DNA of 64,000 nucleotides from an uncultured Nitrospiraceae bacterium (GCA_963705105.1 CAVPIW010000005.1:32001-96000); one strand, 5' to 3'. Positions 40,001 to 49,644 are shown, counted from the stretch's first letter. Notes: a model not told the origin generated them from the letters alone. A program made the numbers and translations.

Positions 40001-42171
40001 CCGTCGTCGTTCCTTTTCCTGACGTAGACATATTCCTGCCTCATGACCTGCACATCCAGCGAACCCCGCTCGATCCTTCGGCCGTTCCTGTCGACGACGA
40101 TGACACGGAGGACCTGCGACTCTCCGGCCTTGACGGACGAATCGTGGCCGCTGATGCCCACCAGATAGTCCGGTTCCGTCTGATAGACCGACGTCCGTGT
40201 TGCCGCCCGCCCGTCGAAATCGACGACCGTCGCGACAAACTCGATGCCGTAGACACCGGATGCGATCTCCCTGCCGATGGGCAGCCTGACCGTCAGGTTG
40301 CCCTTTTCGTCGAGCATCGACTCGCCGCTCTCGATCAGCTCCCTGCCCGTCTCGATGACGTTGCCGAAGGTGAAATCAGGGTATGCCGTACGGCGGAAAT
40401 CCGTGCCCGTCAGGAAGACCTTCCAGCGCGCCTTGCCCTGTTTGACGGGACCGCCGGCATAGTAGGATCCGGAAACCGTGCAGGACAGCATGTCCATTTC
40501 CCGAACGATGTTGATGTAACTCTCGTCCTTCACCCTTTCTTTCCTGAACGACAGATCGACGAAATGGCGCGGCGCCCGGAACTCCTGGACCTCGAAGGTG
40601 CCCGACGCCGATGTGCCCGCGTACTGGACCGTGATCGTATATGTGCCGAGGGGGAAATAGGACTTGAGGTCGATCGTGCCTGAGGCGGTCCCGAAGTCCG
40701 ACAGGGGGAGTGATTTCGAAAGGACTTCCTCTCCCTTTGAGTTTGTCACGGTGAAGGCCGCCTGCCCGCCCTGCGGCGGCAGGACCGACCCGTCGCGGTA
40801 TTCACGGACCGTCCCCTTGAAAAGGACCTGCTCGCCCGGCCTGTAGATGCCGCGCTCGGTGTAGACATGCGTCTTCGGGACGGGAAGCGGCTCACCCGGC
40901 GACGGGGACTGCGTGATCCAATCGGGCTTGATCGTCCCGTTCTGCCTGATCTCGACATATGTTGCGTCATCAGGCGAGGCGGCGACGATCAGTTCGATCT
41001 CACCGATCGACACGGGAGCGACGGTCACGCCGGAGCCGGTGATAGACGTCATGATCTTCGGCTCCTCGTTGTTGAGAAGCAAGAGGCCCTCTTCATCCGT
41101 GCTGCCCAGGGGAATAACGGACCCGTTTTTCAGGAAGGCGAAGAGCGGCACATCGCCCATCGCTTCACCGCTCCGCAGCGATGTCAGCCAGATGAGCAGG
41201 GAGTCACGGGAAACCTTGTACGTCATGGCCATGTCGGTTATCCTGAAGAGACGGACCGGCCCCTGGATTGCCCGGCCCTGCTCAAGGCCGCTGAGGGAAA
41301 CGATCCCGACGGCGCCCTTTTCCTTGCCGGAACGGAAACCCAGGGGGACCGAGAATTTCTGGACGACATTCTTTTTACGCTCCGGGAAGAAGACCTGCCC
41401 GTCCTCGGCAAAGTCGGTCAGGAGAGCAGGGAAGGATTCGTCGATCTCGGCGAGACTCTTGCCCACGGTCTTCACGTATTCCCCCTTCAGCGATTCCCGG
41501 AGCCTGTCGAAGGTGAGTCCGGCCTTCATTTTGGCGATGGAGGAATGGATCAGGAGAGGCGGAATCCTGAAGGCCTTGACGCGCAGTTCGGCCACGTTCG
41601 TCACGTTGACATGGAGCATCTGCATGCTGTCCCTTTCGATGACGCTCTCCTTTTCCGCGAAGGCGACTTCCGGCGAGAGGTCGGGCATGACAAAGGAGTT
41701 CTTCGTTTTCCTATAGGGGTGGCCGCTGCAGACGGCCGAATCAGGCAGATTCACCGTATACTCCGTGGCTGCACGGAAATCACCCTTGATGACCGCCATG
41801 TTCCGCTGCGGCACATCCTCCAGCCACTGCATTCTCACGGGGGGGAATATCTTCAGCGAACTCCTCAGATCAGAGGCGGTGCAGGACGGGGAAAAGGTGA
41901 TGGTCACCTTTTTTTCCTTGAAATCGGGCTGTATGCCCTCTATGGTGAAGGGCTCCCGGGTCGCCTCCTTTTGGACCTTCGGCTGCGGCGCCGGGGCCTT
42001 CGGCGTTTCTGCCTGGTTCTGCGAGACCGCCGGGGGAGGACTGACGAACTCAAAAAGGGCGGCCCGGGCACCTGCGGGCAGGAGAAACAGAAGAGACAGA
42101 GCAATAATCGTCGCGATCATGAACGTATCCGGCCAGACCCTGGCGATCCGGCATCCTGTTTCACATCTCAT
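37042..42171 (-). CDS. Bacterial alpha-2-macroglobulin
   Basis: TERGIYRPGE, VDESVL, RKDF, YPYGCVEQ thioester motif, MYEP. Confidence 0.95.
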   Translation of the reverse strand: MRCETGCRIARVWPDTFMIATIIALSLLFLLPAGARAALFEFVSPPPAVSQNQAETPKAPAPQPKVQKEATREPFTIEGIQPDFKEKKVTITFSPSCTASDLRSSLKIFPPVRMQWLEDVPQRNMAVIKGDFRAATEYTVNLPDSAVCSGHPYRKTKNSFVMPDLSPEVAFAEKESVIERDSMQMLHVNVTNVAELRVKAFRIPPLLIHSSIAKMKAGLTFDRLRESLKGEYVKTVGKSLAEIDESFPALLTDFAEDGQVFFPERKKNVVQKFSVPLGFRSGKEKGAVGIVSLSGLEQGRAIQGPVRLFRITDMAMTYKVSRDSLLIWLTSLRSGEAMGDVPLFAFLKNGSVIPLGSTDEEGLLLLNNEEPKIMTSITGSGVTVAPVSIGEIELIVAASPDDATYVEIRQNGTIKPDWITQSPSPGEPLPVPKTHVYTERGIYRPGEQVLFKGTVREYRDGSVLPPQGGQAAFTVTNSKGEEVLSKSLPLSDFGTASGTIDLKSYFPLGTYTITVQYAGTSASGTFEVQEFRAPRHFVDLSFRKERVKDESYINIVREMDMLSCTVSGSYYAGGPVKQGKARWKVFLTGTDFRRTAYPDFTFGNVIETGRELIESGESMLDEKGNLTVRLPIGREIASGVYGIEFVATVVDFDGRAATRTSVYQTEPDYLVGISGHDSSVKAGESQVLRVIVVDRNGRRIERGSLDVQVMRQEYVYVRKRNDDGNVYWDDREVYQMQLSSVVSVEGGTATFEFDFMNGGAYLVKFIYKDKDGRLYSSSTPFNVEGYFYGYEYESRERTFERLAVAAERAEYGQGETMKIFLKPHRKISSLLMTVERDGILQHRTVTLTPGRSYVEIPVDKSFEPNVYLSFLGIVPRGEFPSYTGQFDEQAPAFLFGAVNVTIKRQVKQLSVKVNEDQPELVARPSGEFTLRVSAFDSTGKGREAEMTLCVVDESVLALTGFKTPSLETLTKFSAPLSVFTGDMRSDLLRQTPFRLIKNERLTGGGGGEGVDAPADTVRKDFRPVAYCNLGLRTDGNGRATVTFRLPDTMTTYRVYVVACDKTDQFASFSRGLRVVKDFYIEPGLPRFLTKGDRFAFSVAAFNKTEKAGEGIFSAAGDDHAKLSPEKTGFTMNAQDRQFVRVNGEALKTGVASLRFGGVFGGERDDVALAVPVRSQYQAWSDMVLRSFTGEGQMDYAFPETVMKPGTRPAPEDVKVTLTVSGSPFLRMTKALQYLLTYPYGCVEQTSSGIIPLSALRSLIAAGNIPDITVQETDKFLKPGIDRLLSMQTDRGGFSYWPGSRETDLWGSVYATAALTFAKRSGMDVPAERMMKALDYLTYAAREEGKQDSTFRGYVLYLLALNGRLDVPLFREVHKGLGGMSREGALLVLLAAHYGSQIPDSQLTEPVRALIEKKGTKAGRPSFSARYREPAIALLAGSVFMKDDPVTGRTAGQLLAGLDRRGFWTSTSDTGWALVALGEYFKDARFAREPFGVTVEQAGAEDLSAVIGPKETFVHELDGPLFLKNPSVHVTVDDEQEALALLTISYPRIDYAQSGYTKGFKIRKTIEQIDGSPTIRVGDVVKVKIDMEIDDDSPYIVLDDPLPAGLVAINTAIETEERVGPDGGEGGQAGEIWDYEGRFYRFMPNHFELRDDRVLAFRNQAWKGTYQYAYYARAVCEGEFVLPPTKVQLMYEPDVVSYTPAGKFVVKARE

Positions 42172-42223
42172 TCTTTCCTCCTCCTGTTCCCGGTTATTCC
42201 GGCATGCATGCATTATGCCTGCT

Positions 42224-42412
42224 TTCCAGTTGCAATGGAAGGGCAGGGCGAAGCGCTCTGAAAAACAGTTTCAGTGTCAGTGTGAGTGTCAGCAAAAGGT
42301 TCACCTTTTTTTCAGCCGTCAGCCTGATAGTGTCTTTATGGGAAGACAAAGGGTTCGCAGCACCGAGGCTTGTCGGCGCATACGCCCCGCCTTTCCGTAG
42401 GTTCGACTGCAT
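42224..42412. repeat. Dispersed inverted-repeat element (family A)
   Basis: Inverted close match to 7827-8012, including CAGTGT tandem units. Confidence 0.85.
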
Positions 42413-42417
42413 CGTGA

Positions 42418-42723
42418 CGATTTATCATTCGGAACGCAAATGATGGCATATGCTATAACATGTGCAGTCAGGCGGTCAACGGAAAAAGATGGCAGATTCA
42501 GGTTTTCGGGAACAAGCGGGATACCTTTTCCTGTGCCGCATGCGGAAAGAGTTTCACCGTCGCCTGTCCTCATTGCAGTGCCGCAGTCACCAGGCGGCAG
42601 ATCGTCCTGAGTGATTTTCTGATCGGAGCCCATGCCGTCACATATGCCGATTGCCTGTTAACCCGGGACCTCGGAGTTTACAGGAGCAATTTCCCTGAAC
42701 TCAAAATCGTGAACTCCGCATGA
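42418..42723 (+). pseudogene. Small Cys-rich (zinc-ribbon-like) ORF, possibly 5'-truncated
   Basis: CYNMC...CAAC...CPHC; frame is open back to the edge of the repeat element. Confidence 0.4.
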
Positions 42724-42742
42724 TCCCGAATGCTTAATCTGA

Positions 42743-43867
42743 TCACGCCCATTGAATTTCTATCGTGTTGTCTTCGTTTATCGCCGCCCCTGTTCCGAAT
42801 CGCCCGCCTTCCCTGTCCAGAAGGTCCCTGAGCCAGAGGGCGTCTTTGCGTGACGCGCGGGTGATCCGGAAACGTTTCATCTGCGTCGGCGTCATTCCGA
42901 GCCTCAGCAGTTTGCCGGTCGATGGGTCGATCGCGGCAAAGTACATGAGGCCGAGGTCGCTCCGAAACGCCTCGTAGCCGCTTATGCCTTCGTAGTCCGT
43001 GAGCAGGTCTCCGCACCCGTACAGGACGAGTTTCCCCCTGTACACCTCTATGCCCTTCACATGGTGTGACGAATGACCGTGAACGACATCGATGCCTGCT
43101 TCGTCGATGATCCTGTGTGCGAACTCGACATGTTCACGGGGGATTTCATAGTCCCAGTTGCCACCCCAGTGAACGGAAAAGACGACGACGTCACCAGGAT
43201 GCTTTATCTTCGTCACCTGCCCTTCGATCAAAGGTACCGTGTCTCTGGAAAGGTACTGCAGCAGGTTGACACCCGGCCTCGTCCCCGTGGCGGCCCAGCT
43301 TCGCGGTATGCCGCTCGTCGGCGATCCGAAAGAAAAGACGATCACCCTGCCTTTGCCGGAGAGGTCGACCACTGCGGGAGCGGCGGCATCTTTGAGGGTT
43401 TTTCCAGCCCCCGCAGTCTTCAGGCCTGCCTCTTTCAGCGTTTCGACGGTCTCTGCCAGGCCCTTTTCACCCCAGTCAAGAACGTGGTTGTTTGCGAGCA
43501 CACAGACATCAATCCCGGCTGCCGTCATTGCAGGGATGTTTGCGGGACTCATCCTGTAATTTATCCCCTTGTCCGAATAGTCTTCGCTCGTCGTCACCGC
43601 GGTTTCGAGATTGATTATCCTGACATCAGGCTTCATCCTCCCGAATTCATCGAGGGCGTCACCCCAGATGTAGGAGAAATCGACCGGCTTGGGTATGGGG
43701 CCGTTCACCTCTTCCGCGAGATCCACGTAACCGCCGGCGCTTCTCATGTACCATTCATGAATGACGGGGTTGCCGGGATGGGGTAGCACCTGATCAATCC
43801 CCCTGCCCGTCATGACGTCGCCGCACATGAAGAGGGTGATGTGCCTCGGTTTCTCGGGGTCCGCCAC
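42743..43867 (-). CDS. CapA-family (PGA_cap) metallophosphoesterase
   Basis: GDVM, NLET, LANNH..DWG, HWG, GHSSH. Confidence 0.92.
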   Translation of the reverse strand: MADPEKPRHITLFMCGDVMTGRGIDQVLPHPGNPVIHEWYMRSAGGYVDLAEEVNGPIPKPVDFSYIWGDALDEFGRMKPDVRIINLETAVTTSEDYSDKGINYRMSPANIPAMTAAGIDVCVLANNHVLDWGEKGLAETVETLKEAGLKTAGAGKTLKDAAAPAVVDLSGKGRVIVFSFGSPTSGIPRSWAATGTRPGVNLLQYLSRDTVPLIEGQVTKIKHPGDVVVFSVHWGGNWDYEIPREHVEFAHRIIDEAGIDVVHGHSSHHVKGIEVYRGKLVLYGCGDLLTDYEGISGYEAFRSDLGLMYFAAIDPSTGKLLRLGMTPTQMKRFRITRASRKDALWLRDLLDREGGRFGTGAAINEDNTIEIQWA

Positions 43868-43923
43868 AGTATATAGCCGCTTGCTTTCATCGCCGAGAAT
43901 GACTTCTGCCTCCTTCCTCCCGG

Positions 43924-46290
43924 TCAGTACTCCCTGTCAACATCCTGAATTGAATATCCTATCGCTTTATAGCCTTTAAGTCTCTTCTCGTACATACGCA
44001 CGAGCATGGAGATATTTGCGTCCACATAGTCGTAAATCCGGACGACCTTCTTGTTATTATGAAGGCGGTGAAGGCGTCCGGCATATTGCTGGAGCGTTCC
44101 CCGCCATGAAATCGGCATGGTCAAAAAGAGTGTGTCCAAACGGGCATCATCAAAGCCCTCGCCTATATACCTACCGGTGGCGATGAGCACCCTTTCTTCC
44201 CCCTCGGGAATCGAGGCCATCCGTTCGGCCAATGCCCTTCGCTGCTTCTTCCCTGCGCCGCCTTTAAGCACAAGGACGTTCCTGGCGAAACCTTTGAGTC
44301 GCTCTGCAAACTCATCAACGTGTTCCGTCCTCTCTGTAAGAAGAAGCGGTGAGCGTCTTTCCTCAAGAACACTAATAAGATCCTTAAAAATAAAGTCATT
44401 TCTTTGTTTATCCCGCATCATTGCCGCATAGACCGGCTGTATGCCGCCCTCGGCCGCGTCGGGCAGCCTGAAAGCCGTACGTCGCGGAATGACCACGTGT
44501 TCAAAGGGCCTTTCAAGTGCCTGACGCCTGTCATCCACCCGAAAGCGGATGGCCCCGCATTGCATTATGATGATGGGATGATGACCATCTTTCCTGATAG
44601 GGGTAGCCGTCAGTCCAATGACATATTTTGCCTTCATCTGCTTTAACACTTGCTCGAAGCTGAAAGCCGAAACATGATGACATTCGTCGACTATTACCTG
44701 ACCATATTCGGCGACAAGGTCTTTGACCACACCCTTATTGTTCAGGCTTTGAATCATCCCCACATCGATAAAACCGGTCCTTTTATCTCGTCCGCCTCCT
44801 ATCCTGCCTATGGAATCCACACTCAAGAATGTCTTCAGCCGCTCATGCCACTGGTCCATAAGGAGCCTTCTGTGAACAAGAACGAGCGTGTTTACCTTTC
44901 GCTCCGCAATAATGCATGCGGCCATTATCGTCTTGCCGAAGGCCGTGGGTGCGCTCAATACACCGATTTCGTGCTTCAAGAGCTCAGAGACTGCTTCCTC
45001 TTGCGTTGGGCGAAGCCGACCATTGAAACCTACCGCAATCGATATCCCCGAAAATCGCTCATCCCTGATATCAGCCCTGATACCGTGACACTTCAAAAGC
45101 TCAAGCACCTCATCGAAACACCCTCGGGGAAGCCCTATGTATCTGTCGAAATCTTCGGCGCAGGATATTATCCTCGGCTTGCCATAAGTCGACAGACGCA
45201 TGGCCTGAGTCTTGTAGAAATCAGGGTTCTGGAAGGCGGCCAGACGTATAAGTTTGTTGATCATGCCTGCAGGCAGGTCTCCTTTTTCGATATAGACCAT
45301 GTTTCCTATAATGACATCGATCTTCTCGGGGAAAGGTCCCTCAATTGTCTTTTCCACCTTTCTCCGCGATGGCGGAAGTGTCCATGGGTCTTCATTTCCG
45401 TCTTCAGTGAGGCTCATTCGGACACCGAGAATTTTCCCCTTACGCTGCGCTTCGTGCACAACGGCCTCAATCTCTTGTTTTGTCATTTTCCTGATGCCGG
45501 AAAGAAAAGCCCACTGATCGGGATAAGGATTGAAATCCTTATCGAGAAAAAGAGTGTTCCCCTTGTCTCTCGGTATTCTTTGGAGCGGAAGAGCGATAAG
45601 ACTGCCAAAACCCCCTTTCGGCATTGTATCCTGACTTGGGAAGAACCTGTCATAAGAATCGAGGCCCAACCCGGGATGTTTTTCCATCGTATATGTCAGG
45701 ATAGACGAACCAAGTTTCCGGGCCAGAACAGCCTGAATAGGGGAATCAAAGAATATCCAGGCATGTCCTCCGTTTCCAGAACGCGAGCTCTCAAACGCCG
45801 CCGGAACACCCATCGCCTCACAGGTCTGAAGAAAAGCCGCAGCGTCCGCCTTCCATGTGGTTTTGTCAAAATCTGAGGCCAGCAACCAGCAGGCTTCATC
45901 AGGAAGGAGGGGATAGACACCGATGGTGTGCTTCCCAGTCAGGTGATCTTGAATGACGTCGTTTGTTACAGGGAGAAGATCCCGGTTTTCGCAATCTGAG
46001 CACTTTATGTTCGGCTTGAGGCAGAGCGGTCGTTTCCACTCGTTAGCGCAGGCAGGAGAATAACCTGTTTTCCCGGTTCTTGCTTCCCATCTTACGGGAT
46101 AAACGTCTTCCCGCCCACGGAAGAGACTGCGAAATAAAGTAATTTTATCGGCCGGCGATAGGATGTGCGTCGGAGGGACGTGAGGCTTCGCGGCCAGTCC
46201 CAAGAGTGACTTAAGCCTTTTGTTTTCTTCTCTGAGACGCGAGCATTCCTCAAGAGCCGTCTTCAGTTGTTTTGCGATGTCATCAGACAC
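43924..46290 (-). CDS. AEP primase-like domain (TOTE-type) fused to SF2 DExH helicase
   Basis: FRGREDVY, Cys cluster, SDFD, SRSGNGGH, IALPLQ; APTAFGKT, DECHH, TAT, QYAGRLHR. Confidence 0.85.
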   Translation of the reverse strand: MSDDIAKQLKTALEECSRLREENKRLKSLLGLAAKPHVPPTHILSPADKITLFRSLFRGREDVYPVRWEARTGKTGYSPACANEWKRPLCLKPNIKCSDCENRDLLPVTNDVIQDHLTGKHTIGVYPLLPDEACWLLASDFDKTTWKADAAAFLQTCEAMGVPAAFESSRSGNGGHAWIFFDSPIQAVLARKLGSSILTYTMEKHPGLGLDSYDRFFPSQDTMPKGGFGSLIALPLQRIPRDKGNTLFLDKDFNPYPDQWAFLSGIRKMTKQEIEAVVHEAQRKGKILGVRMSLTEDGNEDPWTLPPSRRKVEKTIEGPFPEKIDVIIGNMVYIEKGDLPAGMINKLIRLAAFQNPDFYKTQAMRLSTYGKPRIISCAEDFDRYIGLPRGCFDEVLELLKCHGIRADIRDERFSGISIAVGFNGRLRPTQEEAVSELLKHEIGVLSAPTAFGKTIMAACIIAERKVNTLVLVHRRLLMDQWHERLKTFLSVDSIGRIGGGRDKRTGFIDVGMIQSLNNKGVVKDLVAEYGQVIVDECHHVSAFSFEQVLKQMKAKYVIGLTATPIRKDGHHPIIIMQCGAIRFRVDDRRQALERPFEHVVIPRRTAFRLPDAAEGGIQPVYAAMMRDKQRNDFIFKDLISVLEERRSPLLLTERTEHVDEFAERLKGFARNVLVLKGGAGKKQRRALAERMASIPEGEERVLIATGRYIGEGFDDARLDTLFLTMPISWRGTLQQYAGRLHRLHNNKKVVRIYDYVDANISMLVRMYEKRLKGYKAIGYSIQDVDREY

Positions 46291-46322
46291 AATCGTTTTT
46301 TAAAACACGGGAATTCAAAATG

Positions 46323-46811
46323 CTACTCACCGACCTTGAGGCAAATTTCCCTTACAAACTCTTGCGACAGCCACAGTCCGGCATTTTGAAGCTTAATGAG
46401 GCTCTCCTTTACCGAGCTGATAATTCCTCTTTTCTTCGCAAGAAGGATCACGCCGACAGTACCGGTAAAAAGGCAACCAAGCGTTACAGCGCACTTCCTT
46501 GCCTCACGATCGTCGATAACTGCCCAGTGTTCAGACTGCTTCAACGCACAAGACAGCACAGAGCTCTCGCCGGCGCCAAGATCCCAAGCTATGACGGATG
46601 GCGGGATGACAATATCGGCTTCTACTTTCACACTCTGATGAGCGAGAAAAGGAGCGCAGGCCTGCGCGATATCATCTCTTGCGGTGATCTCTTTGATAAC
46701 TGCGGCGGGCACGACAATGTCGGTGAATAATGCAGGAAGAATTCCTATAAGTCCGCTTTTGCCGAGGCAGATAATTGGAGAAGCATTGACGACAATGCGT
46801 TCAATCCGCAT
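46323..46811 (-). CDS. DUF3368-type PIN-domain toxin
   Basis: VVNASPII, LGAGES, IDDREAR, GTVGVIL.AK. Confidence 0.88.
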   Translation of the reverse strand: MRIERIVVNASPIICLGKSGLIGILPALFTDIVVPAAVIKEITARDDIAQACAPFLAHQSVKVEADIVIPPSVIAWDLGAGESSVLSCALKQSEHWAVIDDREARKCAVTLGCLFTGTVGVILLAKKRGIISSVKESLIKLQNAGLWLSQEFVREICLKVGE

Positions 46812-47058
46812 TACTGAGTTCTTTTTCCACTTCTTCAGCCGAGTATTGGAAAGGTGATACATTAAAACGTGCCAGCGAGAATATGAAATCAGCGCGATTG
46901 AGGCCCGCTATCTCGGCAGCCTTCTCCTGTGACACCATACCCAACTCGTACCACTTGATTGCTGCTGCCAAGCGCAGTTCCTTCGTAAATTCGGTCGGAT
47001 CTTTACGAAGAGCGGAGAATGCGCCTTCAGGCATATCGAGTTTCAATTCAACCGTCAT
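46801..47058 (-). CDS. UPF0175-family antitoxin
   Basis: AIKWYE.G.VS.EKAAEIAGL.R..F; overlaps PIN gene. Confidence 0.88.
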   Translation of the reverse strand: MTVELKLDMPEGAFSALRKDPTEFTKELRLAAAIKWYELGMVSQEKAAEIAGLNRADFIFSLARFNVSPFQYSAEEVEKELSNAD

Positions 47059-47243
47059 AATTACCTCCCCTAAGGTCCAGCCCTTCTTTACACAGTATAG
47101 CAAAATATCTCAACTCTCAACCTGACCAAACCCTGCTTCTGATCGCCCGAGATTGCATACCCCTTAAGACGGAATCTTGCAGGCAATTATCTTCAAAACC
47201 CGGAACCACTGCCCGCCGTTACGTTCCATAGAAACTTTGCGTC

Positions 47244-47663
47244 TCACAGGTGCACCACCGTGACGCCCTCGACGTTCTTGAAATGCTTCCTGTCAAAGGT
47301 ATGGATCTCGTGCGCTCCCTTTTCCCGGGCGAATGAAGCGATCCAGGCATCCACAAGATCGACTCTCTCGGTCCTGTACCGCTTCAGGGCTGAACGGACG
47401 ATCGCATCATCAGGGACTGTGAGACCGGGGGTATTCAGAATCGACTCGACGAGATCGGCGGTCTCCCCCGCCTCCATCCTATAGAAGCTCTCAAGCACCC
47501 AGACGAGTTCAGCGATGACAACAGAGGGAATTAAAATCTGGACTTCTCCTCTCCCGGCCTTTTTCAGGAGCGCATCAACAACCTGCGCCTTTCGCTCATC
47601 GTCATTGACAAGGTACCTGATGAGCAGGTTTGTGTCGATAACGATCCGTTTCGCCTTATCCAC
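47244..47663 (-). CDS. VapC-family PIN toxin
   Basis: IDTNLLIRYL, E.VWVL, D, TFD. Confidence 0.9.
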   Translation of the reverse strand: MDKAKRIVIDTNLLIRYLVNDDERKAQVVDALLKKAGRGEVQILIPSVVIAELVWVLESFYRMEAGETADLVESILNTPGLTVPDDAIVRSALKRYRTERVDLVDAWIASFAREKGAHEIHTFDRKHFKNVEGVTVVHL

Positions 47664-47907
47664 TCTGAGCGCTCTTTTTCCCGACGTGTTGTTTTGCCGT
47701 CTTTCTCATTTCTTCGAAGTCAGCACCCCTCTGCCTGTCTTTCAGAACTCCCTTAAAATCCTGAAGTGTCTTCGCCGTCTTCACAACGATTTTCTCGTCT
47801 TCCTTCTCGAAGATTACAATGCTTCCGGTCTCGATGTGGAGCAAGTCCCTCACCTCTTTCGGCAGAGTGATCTGTCCTTTGGATGTAACCTTGGCAAGCG
47901 CTGTCAT
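47656..47907 (-). CDS. AbrB/MazE-family antitoxin
   Basis: KVTSKGQITLPKEVR. Confidence 0.93.
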   Translation of the reverse strand: MTALAKVTSKGQITLPKEVRDLLHIETGSIVIFEKEDEKIVVKTAKTLQDFKGVLKDRQRGADFEEMRKTAKQHVGKKSAQSG

Positions 47908-47928
47908 CTCTTCTCCTTACTATATTAT

Positions 47929-47960
47929 ATCGCCTTACATATAATTATATGAAAGGCGAT
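47929..47960. promoter_or_regulatory. Operator palindrome of AbrB-VapC operon
   Basis: ATCGCCTTACATATAATTATATGAAAGGCGAT, 32 bp with one mismatched pair. Confidence 0.7.
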
Positions 47961-48056
47961 TATGAAAGGCAAGCGATTTGACAGGAAGCCCATCTCACCA
48001 CCCCTTCAGTTGTGCAGATGCAATTTTCGGGTGCCGACATTTACGGCATCGGCAAA

Positions 48057-48482
48057 TCAGGGCCCTTTCGGTGCATTCTTCTTCGGATCACTGCCCGGGA
48101 GAATTCCGCCCTCCATCACGTCGCAATCGATGAGGACGATGTCGGGCAGATCAGGGTCGTCTTTGAAGTGATAGTTTATTGCCACCCGGGCATAGCCGAG
48201 GTGTCTCCAGAGACTCCCCTGCCCCCTGTCCACCCATTTCCCGCCTCTCTTCATCTCCTGGTCGGTGCGAAGATTCACGATCTTGTACCGTTTCGTCTTT
48301 CCTGCCGTCTTGCCCCCCAGCACGAGGTTGCAGAGCCTGAAGATTTCCTGACTGAGTCCGCTCACATCCGGACATTCTCTCCGAACGGCATCGGCACAGG
48401 CATGGATCTTTTCGATGATGCCCGTCACAGTGTCTTCAGGATGCTTCTCGTAGGTCCCGTCTGAGTAATTGGGAATGTTCAT
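48057..48482 (-). CDS. Hypothetical protein
   Basis: RBS GGAGGAG before ATG; no family recognised. Confidence 0.6.
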   Translation of the reverse strand: MNIPNYSDGTYEKHPEDTVTGIIEKIHACADAVRRECPDVSGLSQEIFRLCNLVLGGKTAGKTKRYKIVNLRTDQEMKRGGKWVDRGQGSLWRHLGYARVAINYHFKDDPDLPDIVLIDCDVMEGGILPGSDPKKNAPKGP

Positions 48483-48496
48483 TTCTCCTCCATCTC

Positions 48497-48878
48497 GTTG
48501 CCCCCCCGAAAAAGGCGGGGCTGGGGTGAATGCGCCGGAAACCTTGCTGCGGCGACACCTTCATCGTGACGTAAAACAGGGCATAAGCCGACGGTCGATG
48601 ACACGAAGACGACAACCCCTGACCAAAATATTGTGCAGCCGGACTTTGTGGTGCAGCGATTTTGATATTGGGAAATCTCTTCTCTCTAATTTTATGAAAG
48701 GAAATTGTGAAAGGCAAGCAGGCTTTCGGGGGAAATATAATCCTTCCGTTACAGAAGACGACTTTTTAAGCTGATGGTCGACGACACAAAGAGTGGTCTC
48801 CTGAAAGACGAACCTGACAATGCTCATCGTCGCCTTCAGCAAGGCTTTGAGTCGCGTCGCCCCGCCATTCCATGCAAC
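48497..48878. repeat. Long family A element with expanded AT-richer core
   Basis: Arms and internal modules match 28788-28986, with extra sequence in the middle. Confidence 0.75.
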
Positions 48879-48946
48879 TGTGAGGGTACTATATTCATAA
48901 AAGGGGCCTACCCATGCTGTCATGTTGTTTTCTTCTTTCCCGGAAC

Positions 48947-48972
48947 ATGGTGTATTATAAGTGTAACACCAT
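48947..48972. promoter_or_regulatory. Operator palindrome of antitoxin-RelE operon
   Basis: ATGGTGT-N12-ACACCAT. Confidence 0.6.
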
Positions 48973-48988
48973 AAAAGTGAGGATCTCT

Positions 48989-49213
48989 ATGCCGACAAAG
49001 AATCCGAGGATTAATGTAGTGCTTGAAAAGCCCCTTTATAAGAACGTTGAGCGCATTGCCAGGAGAGACGGCGTGTCTCTATCCCTGAAGGTGCGGGATC
49101 TCGTGAAGGAAGCCCTTGAGATGGAGGAGGACATCGCCCTCGCATCCATTGCCGGGGAGAGGGAAAAGACCTTCACCAGAAAGAAAGCCCTTTCTCATGA
49201 TGAGGTCTGGTAG
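48989..49213 (+). CDS. RHH/CopG-like antitoxin
   Basis: NPRINVVL...SLS..VRDL, EED, LSHDEVW. Confidence 0.85.
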   Translation: MPTKNPRINVVLEKPLYKNVERIARRDGVSLSLKVRDLVKEALEMEEDIALASIAGEREKTFTRKKALSHDEVW

Positions 49214-49497
49214 TGCCCTTTGAGCTGCGGTACCATCCTGACGTGAAGGATGTTGATATTCCTGCCCTCACTGCCAGCGCACGGGCCCGTATCAAACGGG
49301 CGATCGGGACACGACTGGCTGCCGCGCCGCATCAGTATGGAGAACCTCTCAGAAAGACCCTCAAGGGGTATTGGAAATTGAGGGTGGGTGACTACCGTGT
49401 GGTTTTCAGGATTGCCGGAAACGAAGTATGGATTCTGGGGATCATGGACAGGAAAGAAGTCTATGAAAAGATTGGCACGAGAAAGCCGCAGGGTTGA
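49213..49497 (+). CDS. RelE/ParE-family toxin
   Basis: GEPLR..LKGYWKLRVGDYRVVF, RKEVY. Confidence 0.92.
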   Translation: MPFELRYHPDVKDVDIPALTASARARIKRAIGTRLAAAPHQYGEPLRKTLKGYWKLRVGDYRVVFRIAGNEVWILGIMDRKEVYEKIGTRKPQG

Positions 49498-49644
49498 CGC
49501 AGGAAGAACCCGCCCGGCGGCTCAAGACAAAGAAGACAGCTATCTCACGGATCGAAAACCATGCCGGGGATATCAAGATCTCGACACTGGAGAAAGTGGC
49601 CCATGCCCTCGGAAAACGTCTCGAAGTAAAAATCGCCTGAAACG
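49488..49644 (+). pseudogene. 5'-truncated duplicate of the HTH antitoxin at 50971-51246
   Basis: Close direct repeat of 51094-51250. Confidence 0.85.

Noticed and set aside
43924..46290. Type III restriction-modification system
   Set aside because: No adjacent methyltransferase; the N-terminus is primase-like
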